Shown here piece by piece: positions 10,801 to 20,136 of a stretch of DNA of 64,000 nucleotides. Every line of letters starts with the position of its first letter. The stretch's first letter is position 1. The position numbers were made by a program, and so were the translations under genes. The notes under the pieces were generated by a model. It was not told where the DNA came from. It saw nothing but the letters and a program-made list of their open reading frames with translations, and did no database searches. The stretch comes from Prolixibacteraceae bacterium (GTDB lineage: Bacteria > Bacteroidota > Bacteroidia > Bacteroidales > Prolixibacteraceae), in assembly GCA_028282195.1 (NCBI GenBank), contig JANQII010000148.1, forward strand, positions 24,322 through 88,321. Reading direction: 5' to 3'.

Positions 10801-10932
10801 GAACTATTGATAAATTGATGCTTATTCAATAAACCTCATCGCAAGTTCTTCGTAAAAGCTTATACATTACAAAAGCAAATATGGCATCTATTTTGCTATA
10901 TATTAAGCATCTATAAAAAGAAGGAGCTAATC

Positions 10933-11412
10933 ATGAAATATTTATTATTCATCATTTTATTACTTATTGGAACTACAATATATTCCGGGAAAAAAGACAA
11001 AGAAGCTAAAGCGAACGAAATAAAAGAACTTGTCGAAAGTCAACAATTCCGGTTTGTTGCCCGAACTGCCCTTCCTATGGCAGGTTCTACCATAAATCTT
11101 ACAAGTCAATACGATTTGGAAGTAGACAGTATGAACGTTGCATCCTGGTTGCCATTTTTTGGCAGGGCATACCAGGCTGAATACGGAAGCTGGGAAGGAG
11201 GAATAAAGTTCGAAGAAACAGCAAAATCGATAGAAGTAGAATTAAACGAAAAGAAAAAACGCTACCAGATTGCGATTGAAGTTGACACCCAAAAAGAACA
11301 TTATCAGCTATTTATGAGCATTGGTCTTTCAGGATATGCAGACCTGAGTATAACTTCTACCTACAAACAAAACATTTCTTTTTACGGTATAATTGAACCT
11401 ATTGAGGATTAA
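10933..11412 (+). CDS. Small secreted protein of unknown function (possibly DUF4251-like)
   Basis: 159 aa with an N-terminal signal/anchor (MKYLLFIILLLIGTTIYSG). The family name is from memory only. Confidence 0.5.
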   Translation: MKYLLFIILLLIGTTIYSGKKDKEAKANEIKELVESQQFRFVARTALPMAGSTINLTSQYDLEVDSMNVASWLPFFGRAYQAEYGSWEGGIKFEETAKSIEVELNEKKKRYQIAIEVDTQKEHYQLFMSIGLSGYADLSITSTYKQNISFYGIIEPIED

Positions 11413-11450
11413 ATTTCCTAATTTCACATTCTGTCGAATTATATGATAGA

Positions 11451-11996
11451 ATGATGAACTTACAATCCGGGCGTCTTTTTTTTAAAATTATTGATTTAGG
11501 AGATATAGAGAAACTTCATCAAATGGAGTCTGTTCCTGAAGTTAATGAGTTTAATACAATTAAAATTCCCGAAGATATCGAGGAAACCAAACAAGGATTG
11601 CAACCTCTATTTGATGCTGTACAGGCAACACCTCCAACATCGTATTATTGGACCATAAATTCGCATAAAAACATGCAATTTATGGGAATGGCCGGAATGA
11701 CTTTATCCAACGACAAGTTTAAACTTGGAGAAATTTTCTACAAACTTTTACCTGGGTTTTGGAGGAAAGGCTATGGAACCGAAAGCTCGAAAACCCTCAT
11801 AAAGTTTGGTTTTGAAGAATTGAAACTACATAAAGTTGAAGCCGGTGTTGCAACTGAAAATCATGCTTCCATAAAAGTTCTTGAAAAATCAGGAATGATA
11901 CGTGAAGGATTGCGTAGAAAGATTCTGCCAATTCGTGGCGAATGGAAAGACAATTACCATTATGCAATTGTTGAAGACGATCCGCGCGATTATTAG
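11451..11996 (+). CDS. GNAT N-acetyltransferase (RimJ/RimL-like)
   Basis: 181 aa. Acetyl-CoA motif A WRKGYGTE and C-terminal ATENHASIKVLEKSGM. Confidence 0.85.
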   Translation: MMNLQSGRLFFKIIDLGDIEKLHQMESVPEVNEFNTIKIPEDIEETKQGLQPLFDAVQATPPTSYYWTINSHKNMQFMGMAGMTLSNDKFKLGEIFYKLLPGFWRKGYGTESSKTLIKFGFEELKLHKVEAGVATENHASIKVLEKSGMIREGLRRKILPIRGEWKDNYHYAIVEDDPRDY

Positions 11997-12021
11997 TTTA
12001 ACCCAGTTATAATTCTACGGA

Positions 12022-12600
12022 ATGTATTCATTCACCAATTTTATAGAATCATTTGTTTCGGTACCGGAAGAGCATAAGCAACAATTACAAACACTAATCA
12101 ACACCAAACAAATTTACAAAGGGGATAGCTTTATTGATGCTGGCCAAACGCCTCAATACATGGCTTTTGTTCAAAAAGGTTTATTCCGGTATTTCTATAC
12201 CAATGAGGAAGGAGTTGAATTTACGAAAGGCTTCTTTCCTGAAAACAGAATTCTAATCTCTTACAGTGCCATTCTCCAGCAACGAGAATCTTACTTTACC
12301 ATTCAAGCACTCGAAGATTCTCAAATTGAATTTATTAGTTATGCCAAACTTGATAATCGATTTTCAAAATATTCTTGGTTTAACAGCTTTATCATCTCAT
12401 TAATTCAGAAAGCTTATATGATTAAAGAAGATCGCGAACGAGAGTTTTTACTTATGGATGCAGAGCAACGCTATGAAATCTTTTTTAAACGTTTCCCCGG
12501 GCTTGACAAGCGAATTAAACAGCATATGATTGCATCCTACCTGGGGATAACCCCTGAATCTTTAAGCCGGATCAGAAAAAAGTCTGGTCTCTTATCATAG
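12022..12600 (+). CDS. Crp/Fnr-family transcriptional regulator
   Basis: N-terminal cNMP-binding-like beta-roll and C-terminal HTH IASYLGITPESLSRIRKK. Confidence 0.8.
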   Translation: MYSFTNFIESFVSVPEEHKQQLQTLINTKQIYKGDSFIDAGQTPQYMAFVQKGLFRYFYTNEEGVEFTKGFFPENRILISYSAILQQRESYFTIQALEDSQIEFISYAKLDNRFSKYSWFNSFIISLIQKAYMIKEDREREFLLMDAEQRYEIFFKRFPGLDKRIKQHMIASYLGITPESLSRIRKKSGLLS

Positions 12601-12664
12601 ATCAATGCAAAGCAGATTTTTGCTTTCTATTTTTGTTCCACAATTAGCAATAAAACAGAAAGCA

Positions 12665-13405
12665 ATGGAACTTAAAAACAATTCAGTATTAATTACCGGT
12701 GGAAGTTCCGGAATCGGTTTAGAGTTTACCAAATGGCTCGTTCAGAAAAAAAATAAAGTCATTATCTGCAGCCGTTCCTTCGAAAAGTTACAAGAAGCAA
12801 AAAGAGAAATTCCTGAAATCTATTTCTTTCAATGTGATGTTTCTGAAATTGATCAGTGCACGAAATTGGCAGAATGGGTTAAAGATGAACATCCGGATTG
12901 CAATATTTTAGTAAATAATGCAGCAATAGTACATACCAGTAATTTTTATCATGAAGAAGAAGTACTAACTCAAGCCAGGAAAGAAATTGAGACGAATCTT
13001 TTTGCACCAATAGCATTAAGTAAGTTTTTCATCCCAATTATCGAGCAAAATCCAAATCCACAAATTATTAATATTTCTTCTGGACTGGCCTATGTTCCCA
13101 GGGCTTCATACCCGTTCTACAACGCCACTAAAGCAGCCCTGCATTCTTTTACCCAAACTTTAAGAATCCAGCTACAAAGATCAACTATTGCTGTTAAGGA
13201 AGTATTTCTACCGGCTGTTGATACACCGTGGCATAAAGGAAATCCGCCCAAAATTGCAATCCCTGTTAAACAAGCAGTCCACGAAATGGTCAATGGGCTT
13301 GAAGGTGAAAAAGAAGAAATTAGGGTCGGAAAAGCAAAGTTAATTTACCGAATTTCAAGGATTGCCCCTCAGTTTGCAATTTCAAAAATTAACAGTCTTA
13401 AATAA
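12665..13405 (+). CDS. Short-chain dehydrogenase/reductase
   Basis: TGGSSGIGLE (TGxxxGIG), NNAA and YNATKAA (YxxxK). ATG at 12665 (MELKNNSVLITGG) preferred over the ATG at 12605. Confidence 0.85.
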   Translation: MELKNNSVLITGGSSGIGLEFTKWLVQKKNKVIICSRSFEKLQEAKREIPEIYFFQCDVSEIDQCTKLAEWVKDEHPDCNILVNNAAIVHTSNFYHEEEVLTQARKEIETNLFAPIALSKFFIPIIEQNPNPQIINISSGLAYVPRASYPFYNATKAALHSFTQTLRIQLQRSTIAVKEVFLPAVDTPWHKGNPPKIAIPVKQAVHEMVNGLEGEKEEIRVGKAKLIYRISRIAPQFAISKINSLK

Positions 13406-13459
13406 TGTTTTATGAGTCTCAGATTAATGTCTTATGGGCTCGTTTTGGTAAAATATAAT

Positions 13460-13499
13460 GGACAGTTTTTAGTCATTTGGTTGTCATCAGATTGTCATT
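13460..13499. repeat. Phased GTCAT word array (half element)
   Basis: GTCAT at 13472, 13483 and 13494 (10-11 bp spacing), preceded by aatgGACAG. Lies between convergent gene ends. Confidence 0.5.
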
Positions 13500-13506
13500 C
13501 ATTGTT

Positions 13507-14484
13507 TTATTTGAACATTGCAACTTCTTTTTCCCCGTTGCTTTTGACATAGCCTCTGAACATTCCGCTGGTATTGAATTGCATGACAGGGTTGCCCTCT
13601 TTATCAACAGCAATAAAACCGCCGGTTCCTTCATATTCGGATAGTTTATCTAAAGTTTCCTTAGCAGCATCTTTCAATGATAAATTTTTATATTCCATTC
13701 TCGAAGCAATATCCCGGGCAATTCCTAAACGAATAAAAAACTCACCATGTCCGGTACATGAAACAGCACATGTTTTATTATCTGCAAAAGTGCCTGCACC
13801 AATCACAGGGGAATCACCAATGCGCCCCCAGCGTTTTAGGGTCATACCTCCTGTTGAAGTTCCTGCGGCCAGATTCCCGTTTTTATCACGGACCACACAA
13901 CCTACAGTCCCCATTTTGCCTTTAAGGTATTTGGCTTTTGCTTTTTCAAAAGATTCAAAGCGCTTCTTCGTTTTGAAGTAAGTATTATCAACCATTTCCA
14001 ATTGCTGTTGCTCGGAAAACGTATTTGCTCCTTCCCCGCTAAGCATCACATGTGCAGAAGCCTCCATTACTTTTCTGGCTGCTGAAATTGGATTTTTAAC
14101 ACGGGTAACTCCTGCGAGCGCTCCGGCTTCCAGATTGCTTCCGTCCATTATTGATGCATCCAGTTCATTTTTTCCTTCATATGTAAATACGGCTCCTCTT
14201 CCAGCATTGTAAAGCGGACAATCTTCCAGATAATTAACCACTTTCTCTACAGCATCAAGCGCTGAACCATTATTTTCCAAAACACGAACTCCAACTAGCA
14301 ATGCAGAATCTAAAGTTTGAAGGTAACGTTGTTGTAATTCCTCTGGCATTTCTGGTTTTATATTACCAGCCCCTCCATGAATAACAATTGTGTATTCTTG
14401 CGAAAAACTTAGCTGTACAGAAAATAATAGTGCAATAAGAAGCAATGAAAACTTAGTCATATCAGTGATTTTTATTTTAGACAC
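13507..14484 (-). CDS. Isoaspartyl peptidase / L-asparaginase (Ntn hydrolase), secreted
   Basis: Signal peptide, HGGAGN, and autoprocessing/nucleophile site GTVGCVVRD. Confidence 0.9.
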   Translation of the reverse strand: MSKIKITDMTKFSLLLIALLFSVQLSFSQEYTIVIHGGAGNIKPEMPEELQQRYLQTLDSALLVGVRVLENNGSALDAVEKVVNYLEDCPLYNAGRGAVFTYEGKNELDASIMDGSNLEAGALAGVTRVKNPISAARKVMEASAHVMLSGEGANTFSEQQQLEMVDNTYFKTKKRFESFEKAKAKYLKGKMGTVGCVVRDKNGNLAAGTSTGGMTLKRWGRIGDSPVIGAGTFADNKTCAVSCTGHGEFFIRLGIARDIASRMEYKNLSLKDAAKETLDKLSEYEGTGGFIAVDKEGNPVMQFNTSGMFRGYVKSNGEKEVAMFK

Positions 14485-14681
14485 TAAAAGTAAGAATAAA
14501 TCAAATCATATTTAAGGACAGAAATCCTTACATAAGTCATCATTTTTTCATGCCAAAAATCATTTAAATCGTTGATTTTAAAGTGGTACTTTGTGTAGAT
14601 GGTCTATCATTAGTTTGTTTAAAAGCAACTTGATGTTAGGTCATTTTGCACCTAATCAGTAACACTAAACAACTTTGTGAT

Positions 14682-16190
14682 ATGAAAGAAAATGAAATTG
14701 TATTGAGTCCAAATCCATTGGTCAAACATTTAAGAAAACCAGCTTCTGAGTTCACAAAAGAAGACATCATCAAGGTCATTGAAGAAAAGAATATTCAAAT
14801 GGTGAATTTTCGGTATGTGGCTGATGATGGCAAGTTAAAAACACTAAACTTTTTCATACTAAACAAAGAACACCTGGAAAGTTTATTAACTACAGGTGAA
14901 AGAGTAGACGGATCAAGCATATTCAATTTTATCGAGGCAGGATCAAGTGACCTGTACATCGTACCTAAATTCAGAACAGCCTTTATTAATCCGTTTGAAG
15001 AAACACCAACCCTGGATATTCTTTGCGGATTTTACGATAACATGGGTAAACCTTTGGAGAGTTCACCAGAGTACATTCTACGCAAAGCCCATGATAAATT
15101 TAAACGTGAAACCGGAATGGTTTACAAAGCAATGGGTGAGTTGGAATATTATGTCCAAAGCAAAAGGGATGAATCCTATCCCGCGATTGATCAGAAAGGC
15201 TACCATGATGCTGAACCGTTTGCAAAGTGGGAGCATTTTCGCAAACATGCCATGCAACTAATTGCTCAGTGTGGCGGCATGATTAAATACGGACATTCTG
15301 AAGTGGGAACTTTTAAAACCGAAAAGCACCTGTTCGAGCAACAGGAAATTGAATTTTTACCAGTCCATCCTGAAGAAGCAGTAGATCAGCTGGTGGTTGC
15401 CAAGTGGATTGTTCGCATGCTTGGGCGCCAATACAACGTAAATATTAGCTTTGCCCCAAAAATTACGATTGGCAAAGCAGGAAGCGGCCTACATATTCAT
15501 ATGCTCGCAGAAAAAGACGGTAAAAATGTTTTGGTTGAAGACGGAAAAATTAGTCAAACAGCCAAGCGGATGATTGCTGGTGTTCTTGATTTGTCGCCTG
15601 CACTTACGGCTTTTGGGAACACGATACCAACTTCCTATTTGCGCTTGGTTCCACACCAGGAAGCTCCTACCTATGTTTGCTGGGGAGATCGCAATCGTTC
15701 AGCGCTTGTTCGTGTTCCATTGGGTTGGCTTCATAATGCCAACGAAATGCTATCCAATGCAAATCCGCTCGAGCCTAAAATCAATAAGGATTTTTCAGGA
15801 AAGCAAACTTTCGAATTCAGGGTGCCGGATGGGTCTGCTAATATCCACTACCTGGTAGCCGGCTTGTTAATTGCCGTAAACCACGGACTTAAAATGAATA
15901 ATGCGGTCCAGTTAGCTGAAGACCTTTACATACCGGGGAACATCTTTAATGATGAATTCAAAGAAAAAAGAAATAGAATTGACCAGCTACCAACCAGCTG
16001 TTTTGATTCAGCAGATAGATTAAAACAAAAGCGTAAAGTTTTTGAGGAAGCTGGTGTTTTCCCAAAAGGTACAATTGATGCAATTATTGAAGGTCTGAAT
16101 TCATTTGGCGACAAAGATTTAAGCGAGCGTCTTTATGGCAAAAGTGAAGAAATATGGAACCTTGTTGATAAATACCTTCACTGGATGTAA
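14682..16190 (+). CDS. glnA: Glutamine synthetase family protein
   Basis: Protein of about 500 aa with a GS beta-grasp N-terminus and a catalytic-domain block AGSGLHIHM, then RLVPHQEAP. ATG at 14682 preferred over the TTG at 14646. Confidence 0.8.
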   Translation: MKENEIVLSPNPLVKHLRKPASEFTKEDIIKVIEEKNIQMVNFRYVADDGKLKTLNFFILNKEHLESLLTTGERVDGSSIFNFIEAGSSDLYIVPKFRTAFINPFEETPTLDILCGFYDNMGKPLESSPEYILRKAHDKFKRETGMVYKAMGELEYYVQSKRDESYPAIDQKGYHDAEPFAKWEHFRKHAMQLIAQCGGMIKYGHSEVGTFKTEKHLFEQQEIEFLPVHPEEAVDQLVVAKWIVRMLGRQYNVNISFAPKITIGKAGSGLHIHMLAEKDGKNVLVEDGKISQTAKRMIAGVLDLSPALTAFGNTIPTSYLRLVPHQEAPTYVCWGDRNRSALVRVPLGWLHNANEMLSNANPLEPKINKDFSGKQTFEFRVPDGSANIHYLVAGLLIAVNHGLKMNNAVQLAEDLYIPGNIFNDEFKEKRNRIDQLPTSCFDSADRLKQKRKVFEEAGVFPKGTIDAIIEGLNSFGDKDLSERLYGKSEEIWNLVDKYLHWM

Positions 16191-16246
16191 TTCTTTCAGC
16201 AGCAAGAACTAAGAGTCTGTTTTATAGTATAATGGGTATCGATCTA

Positions 16247-16366
16247 TTTACCCAACAGGTATTTTTCGCAGTCATTTATCGTCATTCAGTTGTCAATTGT
16301 TGTTTTTAAAACAGAAATGACCATTATTGACAATCTAATGACTATTTTAAAATGACACTGGGTAAA
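16247..16366. repeat. Palindromic element of about 120 bp built from phased GTCAT/ATGAC words
   Basis: Terminal inverted repeat TTTACCCA (16247-16254) / TGGGTAAA (16359-16366). Left half has GTCAT/GTCAA at 16271, 16281 and 16292. Centre is tgtttttaaaaca. Right half has ATGAC/TTGAC at 16317, 16327, 16338 and 16352. Confidence 0.6.
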
Positions 16367-16389
16367 CAAACGGACATTCATTTTAATTT

Positions 16390-16695
16390 TTATCCTATCG
16401 AAATATTTAAATGTTTACCTAACCCAATTTCAATTAGTTTATAATATGTTGAAATCTGAATGTCACTTTGTCCTCTTTCAATCCGCGATATGTAACTTTT
16501 TTTTGTTCCTGTTCTTTGAGCTAATTCAGCTTGGGTTATCTTTGCTTCATTCCTTGCTTCTTTAAGCATAACTCCAAGTCTAAATGCTAAAGATTCAGCA
16601 TCATATTTGTCTCTGGTTGATGTTCCTTTTTCTCCGTATTTTTCATTTAAAATATCTTCAAAATCTGTTATGTTTTTCATTTTATTTTCCTCCAT
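16390..16695 (-). CDS. XRE-family HTH protein (HigA-like antitoxin)
   Basis: 101 aa. HTH ITQAELAQRTGTKKSYISRIERGQ. Its start overlaps the stop of the decayed toxin gene upstream. Confidence 0.85.
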   Translation of the reverse strand: MEENKMKNITDFEDILNEKYGEKGTSTRDKYDAESLAFRLGVMLKEARNEAKITQAELAQRTGTKKSYISRIERGQSDIQISTYYKLIEIGLGKHLNISIG

Positions 16696-16882
16696 ATTTT
16701 TCGTTCATATATTCCTTTTTCAGTTTCTCTGCCATTTTGATTTCTTTTTTTGGTGTTTTTTGAGTTTTTTGATGAAGTTAACCAATTAGTTTACATCGTT
16801 CAGTATTTTGATTTATTTTTATGCTGGAAATTCTTTTTATTACTATTGTGTACAGGGATGTCATCTTTTGGAAAGATGACAT
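16682..16882 (-). pseudogene. Decayed HigB/Gp49-type (RelE superfamily) toxin gene
   Basis: Minus-strand translation reads ...SLYTIVIKRISSIKINQNTERCKLIG*LHQKTQKTPKKEIKMAEKLKKEYMNEKYGGK. The tail KTQKTPKKEI..A.KLKKEY is the conserved C-terminus of this toxin family as I remember it. There is an in-frame TAA at 16778-16780 and about 45 N-terminal residues are missing. Confidence 0.6.
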
Positions 16883-16884
16883 CC
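16856..16884. repeat. Perfect 13-bp-arm palindrome (TGTCAT-N13-ATGACA core)
   Basis: GGATGTCATCTTT tgg AAAGATGACATCC, located 100 bp upstream of ggt. No U-tract on either strand. Confidence 0.6.
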
Positions 16885-16983
16885 ATTGTTAAGGGAGGAC
16901 TACGATTTTTAGCTCTCTCTTTTTATTCAATGGTCAAAAACTGTAACTTGTAAGCCAATTTATAATCCTGAATAATTTCGAAA

Positions 16984-18672
16984 ATGAAAACGCTAAGCCT
17001 TCTTGCTATTTTTTTGCTTTTCCCGACCCTTGTTTTTTCTCAGGACAGAATAACCGGACTAAACTTTGCAACACGAAGCGAAGTTATTGCCCAAAATGGA
17101 ATGGCCTGTACCAGCCAACCTTTAGCGACACAGGCCGCTTTGGACATTTTGAAATCGGGTGGAAATGCAATAGATGCAGCCATTGCAGCTAATGCAGTTT
17201 TGGGTTTGGTTGAACCAACGGGTAATGGAATCGGAGGTGATTTATTTGCAATAGTCTGGGATGAAAAATCAAAAAAACTATATGGTTTAAATGCAAGTGG
17301 AAGGTCTCCGTATGATTTAAAGCTTAATTATTTCAAAAAGAATAAACTCGAAAAGATTCCATCATATGGCCCTCTGCCCGTTTCAGTTCCAGGCTGTGTG
17401 GATGGATGGTTTGAACTTCACAATAAATTTGGGAATCTTCCAATGGAGGATGTTTTAAATCCAGCAATTCAGTATGCTGAAAATGGATTCCCGCTTACCG
17501 AATTAATCGCCTATTATTGGGGAAGAAGTGCTCAATTTCTGAAAAAGTACCCCGGTTTTAAAGAGACTTTTATGCCTAACGGGGCTGCTCCCCAAAAAGG
17601 GGAAGTTTTCAGGAACCCACATTTAGCAAATACGTTGAGAACAATAGCGTATGAAGGCCGTGATGCTTTTTATAAGGGTGAAATCGCCGAAAAGATTGTC
17701 GACTATATAAAAGCTCAGGGTGGCTTCCTAAGTATGAAAGACTTTAAAGACCATCAATCCGAATGGGTAGAACCCATATCAACAAATTACAGGGGCTATG
17801 ATGTTTGGGAACTGCCTCCAAACGGACAGGGGACCGCAGTACTTCAAATGCTAAATATTCTTGAAAACTACGATATCGCCAGCATGGGGTTTGGGTCTTC
17901 GGAGTACATGCATTTGTTTATTGAAGCTAAAAAATTGGCTTACGAAGATCGTGCAAAATACTACTCTGATCCTGCTTTTAATGAACTGCCAATTGAAGGG
18001 CTTATTTCTAAGGAATACGGAAAAGAAAGGGCCAAATTGATTGATTTAAATCGTTCAGCTAAAAGTTACCCTGCCGGTGAATTGGAACAGGGAAATACCA
18101 TCTACCTTACTGTTGCAGATAAAGAAGGGAACATGGTTTCACTTATCCAGAGTAATTACAGAGGTATGGGCTCAGGAATGACTCCGGGCAAACTCGGGTT
18201 CATTTTGCAAAACCGGGGGGAACTGTTTGCTTTGGAAGAAGGTCATATGAATGTTTACGAACCGCACAAAAGGCCATTTCATACTATTATTCCGGCATTT
18301 ATTTCAAAAGATGGCAAGCCATGGATAAGTTTCGGGCTAATGGGCGGCGCTATGCAGCCTCAGGGACATACCCAAATCGTTTGCAACATCATTGATTTTG
18401 GGATGAATTTACAAGAAGCCGGAGATGCCCCGCGTATTAATCATTCAGGCTCAAGCCAGCCAACAGGGGAGGTAATGAGTAATGGTGGAATTGTTAATCT
18501 GGAATCTGGTTTTTCGAATGAAACCATTCGTGAACTTTTAACCAAAGGCCATAAAGTTAGTTATTCAAAAGGTATTTACGGTGGTTATCAGGCCATTATG
18601 TGGGATGATAAAAACAAGGTTTATTACGGTGCTTCCGAATCCAGGAAAGATGGACAAGCCGCAGGATATTGA
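16984..18672 (+). CDS. ggt: Gamma-glutamyltransferase
   Basis: Signal peptide, autoprocessing Thr in GNTIYLTVADKEGNMVS, and MGGAMQPQGH. Confidence 0.93.
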   Translation: MKTLSLLAIFLLFPTLVFSQDRITGLNFATRSEVIAQNGMACTSQPLATQAALDILKSGGNAIDAAIAANAVLGLVEPTGNGIGGDLFAIVWDEKSKKLYGLNASGRSPYDLKLNYFKKNKLEKIPSYGPLPVSVPGCVDGWFELHNKFGNLPMEDVLNPAIQYAENGFPLTELIAYYWGRSAQFLKKYPGFKETFMPNGAAPQKGEVFRNPHLANTLRTIAYEGRDAFYKGEIAEKIVDYIKAQGGFLSMKDFKDHQSEWVEPISTNYRGYDVWELPPNGQGTAVLQMLNILENYDIASMGFGSSEYMHLFIEAKKLAYEDRAKYYSDPAFNELPIEGLISKEYGKERAKLIDLNRSAKSYPAGELEQGNTIYLTVADKEGNMVSLIQSNYRGMGSGMTPGKLGFILQNRGELFALEEGHMNVYEPHKRPFHTIIPAFISKDGKPWISFGLMGGAMQPQGHTQIVCNIIDFGMNLQEAGDAPRINHSGSSQPTGEVMSNGGIVNLESGFSNETIRELLTKGHKVSYSKGIYGGYQAIMWDDKNKVYYGASESRKDGQAAGY

Positions 18673-18770
18673 GGGCTTGACCTGAATCTTATGGAAGCAA
18701 AGACGGGTATAAGAATTCCTCACTGATTTATTCCCAGGAACTGTTGTGTGTACAACTTTTGGGTAAAAAG

Positions 18771-18940
18771 ATCACCTTTCCAACAAAAAATAATGTCTTT
18801 CCAGTATTGGAAGGCATCATTCCAAAGATTTAACCGATCATTCCAACATAATCAGTCAGTCATTCTAATTAAAAAGTCAATCTTTCCAACTCCATGAGGT
18901 ATCTTTCCAATAAAAAACGGAACCTTTCCTTAAGAATAAC
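18771..18940 (+). repeat. Eight direct copies of an 11-bp motif (consensus ATCWTTCCAAC) at about 21-bp spacing
   Basis: Cores near 18775, 18795, 18816, 18836, 18859, 18880, 18901 and 18922. Spacers are A-rich but not conserved. One inverted copy (TTGGAAGG) lies at 18807. Confidence 0.75.
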
Positions 18941-18969
18941 AGAAAATGAGAAAGGATGAACGCAATTTT

Positions 18970-19194
18970 TTAAGTCTCCATAACATATTGTTCCAAACTT
19001 TTGAATTGGATATGCTTATTTGTTGAGGTGTTACTTATCAATGTAATAACCCCATTTAACTCAACTTTATAAAACTCATTCGTTGTATCGTAACATTTAA
19101 GTATAAACAATCCATATTCCGGTTCAAATACTTCAGAATTGACTAACTTTTTATATCGATATTCTTCTTCGAATACCTTAATAATCACTTCCAT
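18970..19194 (-). CDS. Hypothetical protein (74 aa)
   Basis: ORF only. Overlaps the upstream 79-aa ORF by 17 nt in another frame. Confidence 0.4.
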   Translation of the reverse strand: MEVIIKVFEEEYRYKKLVNSEVFEPEYGLFILKCYDTTNEFYKVELNGVITLISNTSTNKHIQFKSLEQYVMET

Positions 19195-19417
19195 TTATTG
19201 ATATAATTTGATTTTGTAAATTCAATACAGTATCCTTATCCATATTTAAAATGGATACATTCCCATTTTGATTATTTATTTGGGAGATATCAATAAAAAC
19301 GAAACCCATTAGAGTTTTTTTTATTTCTTTCTCTCGGGATGAAGAAGTTGATGCTTGACAGGAATAGCATATATTTAGAATGGTAAATACCAGACCGATA
19401 ACTATTGTATTTTTCAT
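19178..19417 (-). CDS. Hypothetical small lipoprotein/secreted protein (79 aa)
   Basis: Signal-like N-terminus MKNTIVIGLVFTILNICYSC. Confidence 0.45.
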   Translation of the reverse strand: MKNTIVIGLVFTILNICYSCQASTSSSREKEIKKTLMGFVFIDISQINNQNGNVSILNMDKDTVLNLQNQIISINGSDY

Positions 19418-19549
19418 ATCAATCTATTTTTTCAATACTGATAATCTAAAATAATAAAAACAATACGTTCTTTGTTTTTACCCCCAAAATATTTCATAAT
19501 CAATGCAATTCAATCTTGTATTGGTTTATGCGAATTGAAAATCTGTTGG

Positions 19550-20059
19550 CTATGGGTTCGCTATATTGAATATTATCATCTCATGCAAAAGCCTAATAGC
19601 AATATTAATCAACAGTATTATAGATAATCGACCTATCCAGTTACTAACCCCAAAGTCTTTTCTTTTAATTATCAAAAAAATTACCATTATTACTGAGGAT
19701 AAATACCAAACAAAGAATGGAAATCCTTCAATCCAGTTAGTATAGTATATTACTCCCCAAACTTTAGGAATAATAAATAAGGAAGGAAATATACTAGTCA
19801 TTGAGATAATTAATATATACCAACTTTTTTTATCTAATTTTAGCAGTTTAAATCCCCCATAACCAAAAAATAAAATATACAACTCGGTAAGTATCCTGCG
19901 ATATAAAGGCATATGATTAAATCCTAATACAAATTCATTTTTGTGAATATACCATTCGAGAATATCAGATATAATATACACAGTAGTAACACTTATGATT
20001 ACTAAGGCCAGTGATTTGTATTTTTTAAGTTTTAAATCTTTACTTATTAAATTCTTCAT
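19550..20059 (-). CDS. Hypothetical integral membrane protein (about 5 TM)
   Basis: 169 aa, strongly hydrophobic helices, very AT-rich. Confidence 0.55.
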   Translation of the reverse strand: MKNLISKDLKLKKYKSLALVIISVTTVYIISDILEWYIHKNEFVLGFNHMPLYRRILTELYILFFGYGGFKLLKLDKKSWYILIISMTSIFPSLFIIPKVWGVIYYTNWIEGFPFFVWYLSSVIMVIFLIIKRKDFGVSNWIGRLSIILLINIAIRLLHEMIIFNIANP

Positions 20060-20136
20060 AAGAATTATAAATTTGATAACTTATTTCATCCTTGTCGTTA
20101 ACTGACATCCTTATTCAGTATATATGTTATTTTTCA

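Noticed and set aside
14635-14654. TTAGGT-N8-ACCTAA inverted repeat just upstream of the glnA-like ATG as a regulator site
   Set aside because: The arms are only 6 bp and no second copy is present, so support is insufficient.
16607-16953. Plus-strand ORFs 16607-16789 and 16750-16953 (F/L-rich)
   Set aside because: They are poly-T driven, low-complexity translations. The minus strand carries a recognisable toxin remnant instead.
18771-18940. CRISPR array
   Set aside because: The repeat core is only about 11 bp with a period of about 21 bp. This is far too short for CRISPR repeats and spacers, and no cas genes are nearby.
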